A stretch of DNA of 63,173 nucleotides, filler included, from Deltaproteobacteria bacterium (GTDB lineage Bacteria > JACQOV01), in the NCBI GenBank assembly GCA_016202395.1. It is 4 parts of 4 records of this genome, joined end to end, with 100 filler letters (N's around TTAATTAATTAA, not from the genome) between each part and the next. Parts side by side here need not be neighbours in the genome. Positions count along the whole stretch, not along the records: positions 1 to 24,336 come from JACQOV010000075.1; 3 more parts are not named here. The stretch is one strand, 5' to 3'. The notes below the pieces were generated by a model. It was given only the letters and a program-made list of their open reading frames with translations. It had not been told where the DNA came from and did no database searches. This document shows, in pieces, positions 9,922 to 21,733 of the stretch; within the stretch, counting starts at the first letter, position 1, and each line of letters opens with the position of its first letter. The position numbers and the translations under genes were made by a program.

Positions 9922-10644
9922 CTAAACTGTATTGTCTTTATAAAGAATTCGGTAACAGTTAGGACAAGTGAAAAAGCCTTCGCTCTTTAGGATCTGGTTG
10001 TAGAGTTGAGGAGGAATATTCATATGGCACCCCTGGCAAATCCCTTGCCGCACTGCCACGACCACCAATACTCCACGAGCCTTCCGAACTCCCTCGTAGC
10101 GAGAAAGAGACTCCCTGGAGATCTTCGAAGCCAACTCACGACGCCGCTGAAAAGTGGAGGCAAGATAGGTCTCCGCTTCCGCAAGCTCTTTCTCATAGCT
10201 CTGCCGATCGGCTGTCATTTTCTCCAATCGAAGCTGGTAATCTTTCCGAAAGGCCTCAAGCTCCTGGGCCCTTTTTTCAATCTCCGCAATGTCTTTTAAT
10301 ATTTCGGACTCTAATTCGGAAACCATCCGTTTTAATTCTCCAACTTCGCGGACAAAGGCATGGTATTCTCTCTCTTTCTTAATCCCTTCTTGTTTGGCGG
10401 AAAGTTTCTTGATCCGACTCTCTTCCGTGCGAAGTTCTCCTTCTTTCCGCTGTCTGACAGCCTCCAATCGCTTCAGCTCCAGCTCTTTTTCTTGAATTTG
10501 CCCCTCTTCCGCGTTAACCCGTTGGTTCATCTCATGGAGAACCTTAGGGATCCTCCCCTTTTTTTCCTCAAATTGACTCATCTCACCGTCCAAAGTTTGC
10601 AACTCCATCAAAGATCGCAATTCTCGCTCTAAATCTTCTTTCAC
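9922..10644 (-). CDS. Coiled-coil C4-type zinc-ribbon protein (DUF164/HP0958-like)
   Basis: Long coiled coil then CQGCHMNIPPQ..CPNCYRIL; GTG start at 10644 chosen to avoid the tRNA. Confidence 0.85.
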   Translation of the reverse strand: MKEDLERELRSLMELQTLDGEMSQFEEKKGRIPKVLHEMNQRVNAEEGQIQEKELELKRLEAVRQRKEGELRTEESRIKKLSAKQEGIKKEREYHAFVREVGELKRMVSELESEILKDIAEIEKRAQELEAFRKDYQLRLEKMTADRQSYEKELAEAETYLASTFQRRRELASKISRESLSRYEGVRKARGVLVVVAVRQGICQGCHMNIPPQLYNQILKSEGFFTCPNCYRILYKDNTV

Positions 10645-10674
10645 GGAATTCTCACCCCTTTCACGAAATTGAAT

Positions 10675-10749
10675 TGGGCCCACCTGGATTTGAACCAGGG
10701 ACCGACTGATTATGAGTCAGCTGCTCTAACCAGGCTGAGCTATGGGCCC
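10675..10749 (-). tRNA. tRNA with CAT anticodon, most likely tRNA-Ile2 (lysidine)
   Basis: GGGCCCATAGCTCAGCCTGGTTAGAGCAGCTGACTCATAATCAGTCGGTCCCTGGTTCAAATCCAGGTGGGCCCA; cloverleaf, CCA not encoded; position just after rpoD resembles ileX. Confidence 0.9.
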
Positions 10750-10759
10750 GCATACGAGT

Positions 10760-12514
10760 TTAGGCCTCAAGGAAACTTCGAAGTTGACGGCTTCGGCTGG
10801 GATGACGAAGTTTCCTCAAAGCCTTGGCCTCAATCTGTCGAATTCGCTCCCGCGTCACATCAAAATCTCGCCCCACCTCTTCTAACGTATGATCCGACTT
10901 CTCTCCAATCCCAAATCGCATTCTTAAAACCTTCTCTTCCCGAGGAGTCAATGTCGCCAATACTTTTCGTGTTTGATCTGCAAGGTTCAAACCGATCACC
11001 GTCTCCGACGGAGGAATCACTTTCTTGTCCTCAATAAAATCTCCCAAATGGCTGTCCTCTTCCTCTCCAATCGGCGTTTCCAAAGAGATCGGCTCCTTGG
11101 CGATCTTCAAAAACCTTCGCACCTTGTCCAGAGGAAGCTCCATCTTCTCCGCAATCTCCTCCGGCAGTGGCTCTCGACCAATCTCCTGAACCAGATAACG
11201 CGATGTCCGAATTAATTTATTGATGGTCTCGATCATATGAACCGGAATTCGGATCGTCCTTGCCTGATCTGCAATAGCTCGAGTGATCGCTTGGCGTATC
11301 CACCATGTGGCGTAGGTGGAAAATTTATAGCCCCGCTGGTACTCAAATTTATCCACGGCCTTCATGAGCCCAATATTGCCCTCCTGAATAAGATCCAAAA
11401 ACTGCAGTCCTCGATTGGTATACTTCTTAGCAATGCTCACCACCAAACGCAAATTGGCTTCAATCAACTCCGCTTTCGCCTGATGCGCTTTTTCTTCCCC
11501 CTCTTCAATCTCCTTCAAAGTGGCGTGAAGAGAGTCTACGGATAATACCGCCTCCTTTTCAACTTGCCGAATCTTGCGATAGGAAGCCCGAATCTTCCTT
11601 TCGTATTCCTCCAGTGTGTCAAAATCCTTCCCCAGAATCTTGCGAACTCGAAGCGACTCGCGCTTGCTCCTTTTAGCCCTCCGGAAAAATTCCTTTACCT
11701 CGCCCACACTTTTTCCCAACTCGTTCTCAAACTCCTCCAATCGTCTTTCCTCTTGATCAAGAGAGCGGACTAGATTCTTAACACAAGTGGTAATCTGTAG
11801 AATGTATTTGTCTTGAAGGCCTAAAGCCCGAAAGGAGGCCATCCGTTCTTCTTCTACCCGGACTAATGTTATGCTTAACTGGGATCGTTTTGTGGAAGAA
11901 AGCCTCTTGGAAATCAGCTGCCCAAGCAATCCCTGACGCTCTTTTTCGAGGCGTTTGATTTTAGCAATAGTCTCACGAACGCGATTCACGTAGATCTCCT
12001 CCACCCCACCCGATTCTCCCGCATCGGACTCCTCTTCCTCAATATCTTTCACTACATCCTTTAAACGAACCTCCCCTTTGACCAAACGATCCCCTAACAA
12101 AAGAATCTCTCGAACCGTTAGAGGACAGTTTAAAATGGCGCGGGCCACCTCGTTATAACCTCCTTCAATCCTCTTAGCAATCTCGACTTCCCCTCCTCGG
12201 GTGAGGAGCGACACCGCCCCCATCTCTCGAAGATACATGCGAACGGGATCGTTGGTTTTCCCGATGATCGAATCCCGGTCTTGCCCCTCTTCCATCTCCA
12301 AATTTGGAGAAACCTGCTTTGGGATTTTAATCTTCTGATCCGAATAGACCACATCCCCTTCCACATCTCCAAACACCGTCATCACATCGTCGATCTGATC
12401 TGAAGAAATGGCATCTCCCGGAAGGATACCGCTGATCTCTTCAAAGGTGAGATATCCTTTTTCTTTATGGGGGACCTCCGGACGACTCTCTTTCTTCTCT
12501 TTTCCTTCAAGCAT
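10760..12514 (-). CDS. rpoD: Primary RNA polymerase sigma factor RpoD
   Basis: [54 protein letters not shown]; in rpsU-dnaG-rpoD operon. Confidence 0.97.
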   Translation of the reverse strand: MLEGKEKKESRPEVPHKEKGYLTFEEISGILPGDAISSDQIDDVMTVFGDVEGDVVYSDQKIKIPKQVSPNLEMEEGQDRDSIIGKTNDPVRMYLREMGAVSLLTRGGEVEIAKRIEGGYNEVARAILNCPLTVREILLLGDRLVKGEVRLKDVVKDIEEEESDAGESGGVEEIYVNRVRETIAKIKRLEKERQGLLGQLISKRLSSTKRSQLSITLVRVEEERMASFRALGLQDKYILQITTCVKNLVRSLDQEERRLEEFENELGKSVGEVKEFFRRAKRSKRESLRVRKILGKDFDTLEEYERKIRASYRKIRQVEKEAVLSVDSLHATLKEIEEGEEKAHQAKAELIEANLRLVVSIAKKYTNRGLQFLDLIQEGNIGLMKAVDKFEYQRGYKFSTYATWWIRQAITRAIADQARTIRIPVHMIETINKLIRTSRYLVQEIGREPLPEEIAEKMELPLDKVRRFLKIAKEPISLETPIGEEEDSHLGDFIEDKKVIPPSETVIGLNLADQTRKVLATLTPREEKVLRMRFGIGEKSDHTLEEVGRDFDVTRERIRQIEAKALRKLRHPSRSRQLRSFLEA

Positions 12515-12523
12515 AAGAACCTC

Positions 12524-14287
12524 TTAATGACGAATTGCCAGTTGTTGTTCTTTGTGTTTTAGCGCGACTTTTGTCTCCAACAATTGACGCAACAAGGTGT
12601 CGTTGCCAGAACGCTGAGCCTCTTGCAACCGCTGCGAAAGGCGTTGCTGTTCCTCTTTCATGCCTCTCTTTCGAATTTTCAAGATAGCTTCTTCAAAAGC
12701 CTGCTTCCATTCCGGCTCACTCATCGATTCTTCTTCCAAAATCAATCGAGAAAAGAGCCCCTGGATCGATGAATCGGGGAGCTTTTCCATGAACCCTGCC
12801 AGATCTACATTCTGGGAGCTGCGGTTCTGCTCTAAAAAAACTCGCGCGATTTTTTGAAGGCCGCTGTGAACGAGATGGTCGACCCACCCCATCTCTTTTT
12901 CTAGCACCCATTGGGGATAGCGAATCATCGCTTGAACCGCAAGCCTTTCGACAACAGGGAGCCCCTCCACCTCTATCGGTTTAGAGGGCTGACTCTGATT
13001 TTGGGTCCTCCGAACCCGAGAGAGTCTCTCTTCTAAAACCGCTAAAGGCAATCCCGTCCGATCGGTCACTCGCTGCAAATAAAGCCCGCGCGCCAGAGGA
13101 TCTTCAATAGAGGCAAGGATCGGCAACATCCCTTCCAACCATCGAGCCCGATCGGGGATCCCCTGTCCCGCTTCGCGAAACCCTTCGTCCATCACCACAT
13201 CCAAGAGAAACGGGGCTTTAGAGATTTGCTCCAGTAAAAACGGCGTCCCTCGCTTTTGGACATGCTGATCGGGATCCTCACCGTCCGGCAAAAAAACCAT
13301 CTTCGGAAAAAGAGAGGCCTTGAGAAAGGGCTCGAGAGAACGCCAAGCCGCTCTTTTTCCCGCGGCATCCCCATCGAAAAGCAAAACGATTTGATCGGTG
13401 TACCTCCGGAGAGCCTCCATGTGGAATGGGGTAAGCGCCGTTCCAAGAGTGGCGACTACGTTGGGTAAACCGGCCTGCCAAAGAGAGATGAGATCCAAGT
13501 AACCTTCCACAATAATCACATAACGTTGCTTGGCAATGGCAGACTGGGTTGCATGCAGGCCGTAGAAAGTCCTTCCTTTCGAGAATAAGAGGGATTCCGG
13601 AGAGTTTAAGTACTTGGGTTGATCTTCTGAACTCAAGACCCGTCCTCCAAAGGCTAAGACATGACCCGAGGGATCCACGATGGGGAACATCAACCGGTGA
13701 CGGAAGCGATCGTAGCAACCTCCCCCTCGTTCTCGAGGAATCACAAGCCCAACGGCCTCTAAAAGAGGGGGTGAAAAACCTTGGGCAGCAGCGGCCGCGG
13801 AAAGGGTCTCCCATCCGGAACGGGCATAACCCAGCCGGAATTGTTCCACCGCTTCTTCCCGAATCCCCCTCTGATGGAGATAGTCTCGCGCCGTTTGCCC
13901 GTCAGGGCCCTGCAAGGCCTTTCGATAAAAATCCGAGGCCCACAGGTTCACGCGATAGAGACGCTCTTTCTCCTTTTGAGAGGTGGACGGGGCAGCAACC
14001 TGAAGCTGAACCCCAACCCTCCTGGCAAGTTCTTCCACAGCGGCAACAAAGGAGAGCCCTTTGAGCTGTGTGAGAAAGCTAAAGGCGTTCCCACCAACCC
14101 CACATCCAAAGCAATAAAAAACCCCTTTCTCTTCATTCACTGAAAAGGAAGGGGTCTTCTCCTGATGAAAAGGACATAGCCCAACGTGTCGAGCCCCAGA
14201 CCGTTTCAAAGTCACGTAATCAGAGACAATCTCAACGAGGTTTACTCGGCTGCGAACCTCATCGAGTTTCTCGGATGGGATGCGCAT
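12524..14287 (-). CDS. dnaG: DNA primase
   Basis: CPFH..CFGC zinc finger, KYLNSPE, Toprim VEGYLD and FDGD. Confidence 0.97.
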   Translation of the reverse strand: MRIPSEKLDEVRSRVNLVEIVSDYVTLKRSGARHVGLCPFHQEKTPSFSVNEEKGVFYCFGCGVGGNAFSFLTQLKGLSFVAAVEELARRVGVQLQVAAPSTSQKEKERLYRVNLWASDFYRKALQGPDGQTARDYLHQRGIREEAVEQFRLGYARSGWETLSAAAAAQGFSPPLLEAVGLVIPRERGGGCYDRFRHRLMFPIVDPSGHVLAFGGRVLSSEDQPKYLNSPESLLFSKGRTFYGLHATQSAIAKQRYVIIVEGYLDLISLWQAGLPNVVATLGTALTPFHMEALRRYTDQIVLLFDGDAAGKRAAWRSLEPFLKASLFPKMVFLPDGEDPDQHVQKRGTPFLLEQISKAPFLLDVVMDEGFREAGQGIPDRARWLEGMLPILASIEDPLARGLYLQRVTDRTGLPLAVLEERLSRVRRTQNQSQPSKPIEVEGLPVVERLAVQAMIRYPQWVLEKEMGWVDHLVHSGLQKIARVFLEQNRSSQNVDLAGFMEKLPDSSIQGLFSRLILEEESMSEPEWKQAFEEAILKIRKRGMKEEQQRLSQRLQEAQRSGNDTLLRQLLETKVALKHKEQQLAIRH

Positions 14288-14320
14288 GGTTTACCTTCCA
14301 CCAAAGGGCCTAGCCCAATC

Positions 14321-14773
14321 TTATGTCTTACCTTTCAGACACTTTACGACCAACGCGCTCACCTCTTTCCCGTCCGCTCTCCCCGTCACTTGAGGCATAA
14401 TCGTTTTCATCACTTTTCCCATGTCTCGCTCGGAGGTGGCCCCCGTCTGGGTGATGGCCTCCTGAACGAGCTTTTCCAACTCCTGAGAGGTGAGAGGTGA
14501 AGGAAGGTAGCCTTGAAGAATCTCGATCTCCTTCTGCTCTTTATCGGCCAGATCCTGACGTTTCCCCTGCTGATAAAGTTCGATGGCCTGTCGTCGCTGT
14601 TGAACCATAGAGCCAATCAACGCGAGAACGCCGACATCATCCAGCGCTCGCCTTAATTCAATCTCCCGGTTTTTCATGGCCGCCACCAGCAAACGAATGG
14701 TGCTCAAGCGAAGTTTCTCTTGACTCTTGGTAGCCGCCTTTAGATCGGAAAGGACGGTTTCTTTAATAGACAT
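14321..14773 (-). CDS. GatB/YqeY domain protein
   Basis: YqeY motifs (..EIEILQGYLP, DMGKVM, GRADGK); between rpsU and dnaG. Confidence 0.9.
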   Translation of the reverse strand: MSIKETVLSDLKAATKSQEKLRLSTIRLLVAAMKNREIELRRALDDVGVLALIGSMVQQRRQAIELYQQGKRQDLADKEQKEIEILQGYLPSPLTSQELEKLVQEAITQTGATSERDMGKVMKTIMPQVTGRADGKEVSALVVKCLKGKT

Positions 14774-14782
14774 GGCAAAGTT

Positions 14783-14983
14783 CTAAAAGGACTCAAATCT
14801 TCGCGGCCTCTTCAACGCTCGCTTACGAGCCGCCATCGACTTCCTTTTTTTTTCGACACTCGGCTTATCGTAATGCTCCCGCTTCCGAATTTCGGTAAAG
14901 ACTCCCGCTTTTTCACATTGTTTTTTGAAGCGCCTTAAGGCCGATTCAAACGACTCGTTCTCTTTGATTCGGATTCCTACCAA
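14783..14983 (-). CDS. rpsU: 30S ribosomal protein S21
   Basis: [23 protein letters not shown]. Confidence 0.95.
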   Translation of the reverse strand: MVGIRIKENESFESALRRFKKQCEKAGVFTEIRKREHYDKPSVEKKRKSMAARKRALKRPRRFESF

Positions 14984-15068
14984 TACAATTCACCCCTCTC
15001 CTATTTAGATGCTAGTTAGATGCTAGGTTTTTCCCAAGTATAACAAGCAAAAACCGAATGTCAACGTC

Positions 15069-15428
15069 TCACTTCTCCACTTTTTCTCCAACGATTGTTA
15101 TCCGATCTTTTTCGTACCGGCGATAGAAGCAACTTCGATAGTTCGTGTGGCAGGCGGCTCCGATCTGCTTCACTCCGATGAGGAGAGCGTCTTGATCGCA
15201 ATCGAAGTCGAGGGTCTGAACCTCTTGAAAGTGCCCCGAGGTCTCCCCTTTCACCCAAAGTTTCTGGCGAGATCGGCTATAGAAACAGGTTCTGCCGGTT
15301 TCAAGCGTTTTTTGAACCGATTCTCGATTCATGTAGGCGATCATCAAGACCTCCTTGGTTTCGGAATCTTGAATGATGGCAGGAATCAATCCATTAGAAT
15401 CGAATTTAAGCTGGTCGACCCAACTCAT
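15069..15428 (-). CDS. hisI: Phosphoribosyl-AMP cyclohydrolase
   Basis: [40 protein letters not shown] before ATG 15428. Confidence 0.93.
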   Translation of the reverse strand: MSWVDQLKFDSNGLIPAIIQDSETKEVLMIAYMNRESVQKTLETGRTCFYSRSRQKLWVKGETSGHFQEVQTLDFDCDQDALLIGVKQIGAACHTNYRSCFYRRYEKDRITIVGEKVEK

Positions 15429-15438
15429 AGAAACCTCC

Positions 15439-16197
15439 TCAAAGACGGATCGGCAACCCTCGCTCCTGAAGATAGCGCTTGACCTCGCCGATTTTGAACT
15501 TTCCGAAATGAAAAACGGAGGCGGCCAAACAGGCATCGGCCCCCCCTCCCACAAACCCTTCGTAAAAATGCTCTAGCGTCCCCACTCCACCCGAGGCAAT
15601 CACGGGGAGTGTCAGCGTTTCTGCAACAGACCGCGTTAAAGGAAGATCGTACCCGATCTGGGTGCCATCTCGATCCATGCTCGTGAGCAAGATCTCTCCC
15701 GCGCCAAACGCTTCGATCTTTTGAGCCCATTCCACAGCATCGAGCCCTGTGGGGCGTCGGCCTCCATGAGTGAAGACCTCCCAACGCTTTGGGGCTGTCT
15801 GCTTCGCGTCGATGGCTACAATAATGCATTGACTCCCAAAATGTTCTGCGGCCTCTTTCACAAACTTTGGATTCTCAACGGCTGCGGTGTTAATCGAAAC
15901 TTTGTCGGCTCCCGATCTGAGCAACATCCGAATGTCACTCAAGGTTCGAATCCCCCCTCCAACGGTGAGCGGCATAAAAACCGACTCGGCGGTTCTGCAA
16001 ACGACATCCAAAAGGATCTGGCGATCTTCACTCGAGGCGGTGATGTCTAAGAAACAAAGTTCATCGGCACCGGCAACGTCGTAAGCTTGAGCTGCCTCTA
16101 CGGGATCGCCTGCATCTCGAAGAGAGACGAACTGAACCCCTTTCACCACACGTCCCCGATCGACATCCAAACAAGGAATGATTCTTTTCGTCAACAT
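15439..16197 (-). CDS. hisF: Imidazole glycerol phosphate synthase, cyclase subunit
   Basis: [27 protein letters not shown]. Confidence 0.96.
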   Translation of the reverse strand: MLTKRIIPCLDVDRGRVVKGVQFVSLRDAGDPVEAAQAYDVAGADELCFLDITASSEDRQILLDVVCRTAESVFMPLTVGGGIRTLSDIRMLLRSGADKVSINTAAVENPKFVKEAAEHFGSQCIIVAIDAKQTAPKRWEVFTHGGRRPTGLDAVEWAQKIEAFGAGEILLTSMDRDGTQIGYDLPLTRSVAETLTLPVIASGGVGTLEHFYEGFVGGGADACLAASVFHFGKFKIGEVKRYLQERGLPIRL

Positions 16198-16198
16198 A

Positions 16199-16933
16199 CT
16201 AGGCAGCTTCGGAGCGCATGATTTCAATGGCCTCTCGAAGGTCAATCGTCCCCAAATATAAAGACTTCCCGAGAACAGCCCCCACAACCCCAAAATCCTC
16301 AAACTCTTTCAACTTCTCCAAGTCCTCAATTTTAGCAAACCCTCCCGAAGCGATAATCGGAAGAGAGCTCAATTCGGCCATCCGTCGGATCCCCACAAAA
16401 TTGGGTCCCCCCATCATCCCTTCTTTGAGGATGTCGGTATAAATGATCATGGAAACTCCAAGATCCTTGAGCTCATTGGCAAGGATCTCGGCTCTTTTGG
16501 GAACCACCTTTGTCCATCCTTCGATGGCCACCATCCCTTCACGAGCATCAATACTGGCTAGGATCCTCCCCGGAAAACGTTCACAGGCTTCTCTGACAAA
16601 GCCATGCATCTGATAGGCGGTCGTGCCTAAAATGACACGGGCAACCCCTCTTTCCAAGTAGCGCTCGAGGGTCTGAAGATCCCGCAATCCCCCTCCAACC
16701 TGCACCGGAATTTTAACCGCTTTCACAATCGCATCGATGTGGGACTCGTTCTGAGGCTCTCCCGTAAAAGCGCCATCGAGATCAACCACATGGAGCATCT
16801 CGGCCCCTAAAGCCTCCCATTGTCGGCCCACTTTGACCGGATCCTCCGAAAAAATCTGAACGCGGGTTTTGTCCCCTTGCTCGAGACGAACACACTTTCC
16901 ATCTTTCAGATCGATGGCAGGTATGATGACCAT
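16199..16933 (-). CDS. hisA: ProFAR isomerase
   Basis: [28 protein letters not shown]. Confidence 0.95.
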   Translation of the reverse strand: MVIIPAIDLKDGKCVRLEQGDKTRVQIFSEDPVKVGRQWEALGAEMLHVVDLDGAFTGEPQNESHIDAIVKAVKIPVQVGGGLRDLQTLERYLERGVARVILGTTAYQMHGFVREACERFPGRILASIDAREGMVAIEGWTKVVPKRAEILANELKDLGVSMIIYTDILKEGMMGGPNFVGIRRMAELSSLPIIASGGFAKIEDLEKLKEFEDFGVVGAVLGKSLYLGTIDLREAIEIMRSEAA

Positions 16934-16944
16934 GATTTCCCTCC

Positions 16945-17595
16945 TCAGTTCATGACGGATAAAATGTCCTTAGAACCTACGAGACGACAAAAATTTTCAA
17001 GAATCTTAAGCCCCCATCTCTGACTCTTCTCCGGATGGAACTGACACCCCAAGAGATTCCCCTTCTGAATCGAGGCTGCGAAGGAATCGGGGTAGTCGGT
17101 CCAACCGGTCACCCTAGAGCGATCTTGAGGAACAGGGTAAAAAGAGTGCACAAAATAGAAAAAGCTCTCATCGGGAACCCCTTCAAACAAAGGGCTCGGA
17201 GCCCCCCAACGAACCGCGTTCCACCCCATGTGGGGAACCTTGATCCCCTCTCCTTGTGAAAAACGACGCACCCACCCTGGAATAATCGCCAATCCCTCAC
17301 TCCCTCCAAATTCCTCACTCCCCTCGAACAAGAGTTGATACCCCAAACAGATTCCAAGAAAAGGGGTTCCTCTTTCAATCACCTCTAACACCGGTTCCAC
17401 AAGCCCCCTTTCCCGAAGATTCTTCATACACTCGGGAAAAGCCCCAACCCCAGGAAGGACCACTCCCGCTGCCGCAATCACTTCCGAAGGTTTGTCGGTC
17501 ACACAGGTTTGGCAACCCACTCTTTCAAGCCCTTTGGCAACAGAACGAAGGTTCCCCATTCCGTAATCGATGACGGCAATACAGCTCATTTTCAT
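16945..17595 (-). CDS. hisH: Imidazole glycerol phosphate synthase, glutaminase subunit
   Basis: DYGMGNLRSV, GICLG, PHMGWN, QFHPEKS. Confidence 0.95.
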   Translation of the reverse strand: MKMSCIAVIDYGMGNLRSVAKGLERVGCQTCVTDKPSEVIAAAGVVLPGVGAFPECMKNLRERGLVEPVLEVIERGTPFLGICLGYQLLFEGSEEFGGSEGLAIIPGWVRRFSQGEGIKVPHMGWNAVRWGAPSPLFEGVPDESFFYFVHSFYPVPQDRSRVTGWTDYPDSFAASIQKGNLLGCQFHPEKSQRWGLKILENFCRLVGSKDILSVMN

Positions 17596-17620
17596 AACTC
17601 CTTAGAAGCCAATGCCACCT

Positions 17621-17655
17621 CTGTGGGGACAGTTAGCAAAACCAAACTGTCCCCA
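17621..17655. repeat. GGGGACAG..CTGTCCCC REP-like hairpin in the hisB-hisH spacer
   Basis: 35 bp identical to 87-121 except one base. Confidence 0.8.
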
Positions 17656-17687
17656 TCACCGACCCTATGGGACGCACAGGGTTCGCC

Positions 17688-18290
17688 CTATAAAACTCCT
17701 TTCGTTGAAGGAATTCCCACGATCCGCGGATCGAGTCGAGTGGCTCGATCCACCGCTTGAGCAAAGGCTTTAAACGTAGCCTCTGTCACATGGTGCGGAT
17801 CCATTCCATACTCCAAACGGATGTGGAGATTGACCCGCGCATGGTTGACAAACCCCTGGAAAAAGCCCTCCAAAAGATCGGTGTCGAACCGTCCCACGCG
17901 TCTTTTACGCAGAGAGATCTTTCGGACCAGATAGGGCCTTCCACTAAAATCGACAACCACCTGAACCAAAGCCTCGTCTAAAGGAACGGTGGCTTCTCCA
18001 AAACGGACTATTCCTTCTTTAGAACCCAGCGCCTTATAGAAGGCCTCCCCCAAAGAGATCCCTAGATCTTCAACGGTGTGATGCTCATCGATCTCCACAT
18101 CCCCACGAGCCTTAATTTTGAGATCAAACTTCCCATGGCGAGAAAGTTGTTCCAGCATATGGGTGACAAAAGGGATTGGCGTTTCAATCTTGTAGGCACC
18201 GGTCCCATCAATGTTGAGTTCCATCGAGATATCTGTTTCTCGCGTGGTTCTCTGAATTTTCGCAATTCTGTTTTTGTTTTTTATCTTCAT
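17688..18290 (-). CDS. hisB: Imidazoleglycerol-phosphate dehydratase
   Basis: RTTRETDI, DEHHTVED, PHHVTEATFKA, PSTKGVL. Confidence 0.95.
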   Translation of the reverse strand: MKIKNKNRIAKIQRTTRETDISMELNIDGTGAYKIETPIPFVTHMLEQLSRHGKFDLKIKARGDVEIDEHHTVEDLGISLGEAFYKALGSKEGIVRFGEATVPLDEALVQVVVDFSGRPYLVRKISLRKRRVGRFDTDLLEGFFQGFVNHARVNLHIRLEYGMDPHHVTEATFKAFAQAVDRATRLDPRIVGIPSTKGVL

Positions 18291-19162
18291 CACGGGATCA
18301 CCTTATTCAATGGATACTCCACAATCCCCGTCGCCCCTGCCTTCTTTAACGCAGGGATGATCTCACGCACCACCTTCTCATCCACAATCACCTCTAAACT
18401 CAACCATCCTTTGTCCGCTAAAGGGGAAATCGTTGGCGTGTGGAGAGCTGGGAGAATCTGGCTCACTTTCTTTAGAGCCTCCTGCGGAATGTTCATCTTA
18501 ATGCCTACTTTCTCCTCTGCCGCTAAAGCCCCCTGAAGGAGTGTGGCAAAATTTTCGAGCTTGCTCCGCTTCCACGAATCGTCCCACGCTTCTGCGTTGG
18601 CAATGAGAACCGTTGTCGACTCCAGAATCGTCTCGACAATTCGAAGTCCATTGGCGCGCAGAGAACTCCCCGTTTCCGTCAATTCTACAATAGCATCAAC
18701 CAACCGAGGAGCCTTCACCTCTGTTGCCCCCCAAGAGAACTCCACCTCGACAGGAATCTTTTTCTTTTCAAAATAGCGGCGCGTAAATTTCTCGAGCTCT
18801 GTGGCAATCCGCTTCCCTTTGAGATCTTCCAATTTTTGGATCGAAGAATCGATTGGAACGGCAACCACCCAACGGACTTTCCCCAATCCCCCCTTGCTAT
18901 AAAGGAGTGGAGTGACCTCTTTGACTTGAGCCCCTTGTTCTAAAACCCAATCTTGGCCAGTTAAACCACAATCTAGAACCCCCTCTTCCACATAACGTGG
19001 GATCTCTTGAGCCCGGATGAGAAGCCCCTCCAACTCTGGATCGTCGATGTGAGGAACATAGGACCGGCTTCCAACCGACACATTAAACCCGGCCTTCTTT
19101 AAGAGGCGAAAAGAGGACTCTTGAAGACTCCCCTTCGGCAACCCTATTCTCAATATTTTCAT
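18290..19162 (-). CDS. hisG: ATP phosphoribosyltransferase (long form)
   Basis: [28 protein letters not shown] plus C-terminal regulatory domain. Confidence 0.95.
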   Translation of the reverse strand: MKILRIGLPKGSLQESSFRLLKKAGFNVSVGSRSYVPHIDDPELEGLLIRAQEIPRYVEEGVLDCGLTGQDWVLEQGAQVKEVTPLLYSKGGLGKVRWVVAVPIDSSIQKLEDLKGKRIATELEKFTRRYFEKKKIPVEVEFSWGATEVKAPRLVDAIVELTETGSSLRANGLRIVETILESTTVLIANAEAWDDSWKRSKLENFATLLQGALAAEEKVGIKMNIPQEALKKVSQILPALHTPTISPLADKGWLSLEVIVDEKVVREIIPALKKAGATGIVEYPLNKVIP

Positions 19163-20466
19163 AAACCGTTCGTTCCTTTCAGCCGAATCTCTAATGCTCG
19201 AGCGTGGGCATAGAGCCCCTCCATCCGAGCCAAACGAATCCCATAGGGAGCCACCGCACGAAAGCCACGAGGTGTGGCTTCAATAACACTGGATTCTTTC
19301 ATAAAATCCTCCACCCGCAACGGCGAGGAAAAACGGGCGGTCCCTCCCGTTGGCAGCACATGGTTGGGCCCTGCCACATAATCCCCTAAAGAAACCGGTG
19401 AATAGGCCCCTAAAAAAATCGCTCCCGCATGACGAACCTGACGTGCCCACCGTCGAGGTTGTTTCACCATCAATTCCAGATGCTCCGGAGCCATCGCGTT
19501 AGCCACCTCGATCGCCTCCGAGATATCTCGAACCTGAATCGCTAAACCATAATCGTTTAGAGAGCGTTGCGCAAGTCTTCGAACCTTTCCTCCGTATTGA
19601 ACCACTTGTTTTTGAATCTCTTTTAGCACTAAATTCAAAAATTGTTTGGAGGTTGAGATCAGAACCGGCCAAGCCATCTCATCGTGCTCAGCCTGAGCCA
19701 GGAGGTCCGCTGCCACAAACGAGGCGGACACGGAGCCATCGCTCACCACCACCACCTCGGTGGGCCCCGCAATCATATCGATCGAAACACGACCAAAAAC
19801 CTGCCGCTTCGCCTCCGCAACGTAACGATTCCCAGGGCCCACAATCTTGTCGACAGCTCGAATCGTCTCCGTCCCAAAGGCCAAAGCCCCAATGGCTTGA
19901 GCCCCTCCCACCTGATAAACCTCAGTCACCCCTGCGATCCAAGCCGCCCCTAAAATGGAAGGGCTCACCCCACCAGCGCTGGGGGGTGTTACCATAACGA
20001 TCTCGGGCACACCAGCAGCTTTGGCGGGAATCCCATTCATCAAAACCGTTGAGGGATAAACCGCTTTGCCACCTGGGATGTAGACTCCCACCCTCTCCAT
20101 CGGTGTGCGAATCGACCCCAATCGAAACCGATCACGATTCTGGAGTTCTCTTTTCTTAGGAACCGAATCTTGATGAAATCGGCCAATCCTTTGAGCTGCA
20201 ACCTCTATCGCCTTACGATCTCTTCGATCTAGACGACCCCAAGCCTCTTTAAGCTTTGTGGCTGGAATCGCAAAATCGGAATGACGAAGGAGAACCCCAT
20301 CGAATCGACGGGAATAGTCGATCAAAGCTCGGTCTCCCCTTCGACGAACCTGATCGAGAATCCGGGCCACCCTCTCTTCCACGTCACCGGTTATCTCGTG
20401 GCGAGCCTCCCGAATTTTTTGAACCCTCTTTAAAATATTTTCTAAAGAACCTTGAACCGTTTTCAT
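19159..20466 (-). CDS. hisD: Histidinol dehydrogenase
   Basis: [33 protein letters not shown]. Confidence 0.96.
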   Translation of the reverse strand: MKTVQGSLENILKRVQKIREARHEITGDVEERVARILDQVRRRGDRALIDYSRRFDGVLLRHSDFAIPATKLKEAWGRLDRRDRKAIEVAAQRIGRFHQDSVPKKRELQNRDRFRLGSIRTPMERVGVYIPGGKAVYPSTVLMNGIPAKAAGVPEIVMVTPPSAGGVSPSILGAAWIAGVTEVYQVGGAQAIGALAFGTETIRAVDKIVGPGNRYVAEAKRQVFGRVSIDMIAGPTEVVVVSDGSVSASFVAADLLAQAEHDEMAWPVLISTSKQFLNLVLKEIQKQVVQYGGKVRRLAQRSLNDYGLAIQVRDISEAIEVANAMAPEHLELMVKQPRRWARQVRHAGAIFLGAYSPVSLGDYVAGPNHVLPTGGTARFSSPLRVEDFMKESSVIEATPRGFRAVAPYGIRLARMEGLYAHARALEIRLKGTNGL

Positions 20467-21722
20467 ACGCGAACCCTCGTAATGGAGGCCCCTAAACCTC
20501 GCAGTTTCATCTCAATGGCTTCATACCCGCGATCGAGATGGTAAACACGGGAGATCGTGGTGGCCCCTTTGGCCGCCAACCCGGCTAAAACCAAACAAGC
20601 GCTGGCTCGAAGATCACTGGCCATCACCGGCGCTCCACTGAGCCATGGCCCTCCTTTAACGATCGCTGTTCTCCCTTCGACCTGGATATGGGCTCCCATC
20701 CTGCGAAGCTCACTGACGTGAGTAAACCGATTCTCAAAGATCGTCTCGGTCACCACCCCAATCCCCTCTCCAATCGACAAGACAGCCATCATCTGAGCCT
20801 GCATATCGGTGGGGAAACCGGGGTACGCCCCCGTTTTGACATCAACACTCCGAATCGGCCCTTCCCCTTTCACCCATAAACTGTTCCCATTCTCTTCAAC
20901 CCTTAAACCGGTCGCCCGGAGTTTCTCGATCACCGATTGAAGATCTGCAGGACGACACTTTTCGACAAGGATTTCACCAGGGTTCATCCTGGCAGCCGCC
21001 AAAAAAGTCCCCGTCTCAATCCGATCGGGGATGACCTCCCAATCAAAAGGCTTTAATCGCTCAACCCCATCCACGGTGATCACCTCCGTCCCTTCCCCTT
21101 CAATATGCGCCCCCATCTGCTGGAGAGCCCGAGCCAACTCCACTACCTCCGGCTCGCAAGCGGCATTCTCAAGGAGGGTTCTCCCCTCCGCAAAGACCGC
21201 AGCCATGAGAACATTGGCAGTTCCAGTAACGGTCGAGATCCCAAAACGGAGACAGGCCCCTTTCAACGAAGCCCCCTTCACCGTGACATAGCCATGCTCT
21301 AGCTCCACCTTGGCCCCTAAAGCTTGAAGCCCTTTGAGATGCTGATCGATAGGGCGAGCTCCAATGGCACACCCTCCTGGGAGAGAAACCTGCGCTCTTC
21401 CTTTTCGAGCCAAAAGGGGGCCTAAAACAAGAACAGAGGCCCGCATCGTTTTCACTAAATCGTAAGGGGCCTCAACCCGTTCTAACAAAGAACTGTCCAG
21501 ATACAACGTCCTTCCCTCATCGACCGATTCGACTCGCACACCTAAGTGTTGGAGCAACCTCGACATCGTCCGAACATCGACCACCTGAGGGACGTTTCGC
21601 AATACATGCCGACCCGGGGCTAACAGAGCCGCCGTCATCAACGGCAAAACCGCATTCTTCGCCCCCGCGATACGAACAGCCCCACGAAGGGGACGCCCCC
21701 CTTCAATCACCAATTGATCCAT
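20463..21722 (-). CDS. murA: UDP-N-acetylglucosamine 1-carboxyvinyltransferase
   Basis: GAKNA, LPGGCAIGARP, PGFPTDMQ, HLDRGY. Confidence 0.96.
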   Translation of the reverse strand: MDQLVIEGGRPLRGAVRIAGAKNAVLPLMTAALLAPGRHVLRNVPQVVDVRTMSRLLQHLGVRVESVDEGRTLYLDSSLLERVEAPYDLVKTMRASVLVLGPLLARKGRAQVSLPGGCAIGARPIDQHLKGLQALGAKVELEHGYVTVKGASLKGACLRFGISTVTGTANVLMAAVFAEGRTLLENAACEPEVVELARALQQMGAHIEGEGTEVITVDGVERLKPFDWEVIPDRIETGTFLAAARMNPGEILVEKCRPADLQSVIEKLRATGLRVEENGNSLWVKGEGPIRSVDVKTGAYPGFPTDMQAQMMAVLSIGEGIGVVTETIFENRFTHVSELRRMGAHIQVEGRTAIVKGGPWLSGAPVMASDLRASACLVLAGLAAKGATTISRVYHLDRGYEAIEMKLRGLGASITRVRV

Positions 21723-21733
21723 TTGTTCCTTTC

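Noticed and set aside
10669-11037. 122-aa plus-strand ORF
   Set aside because: Antisense to the tRNA and rpoD; spurious.
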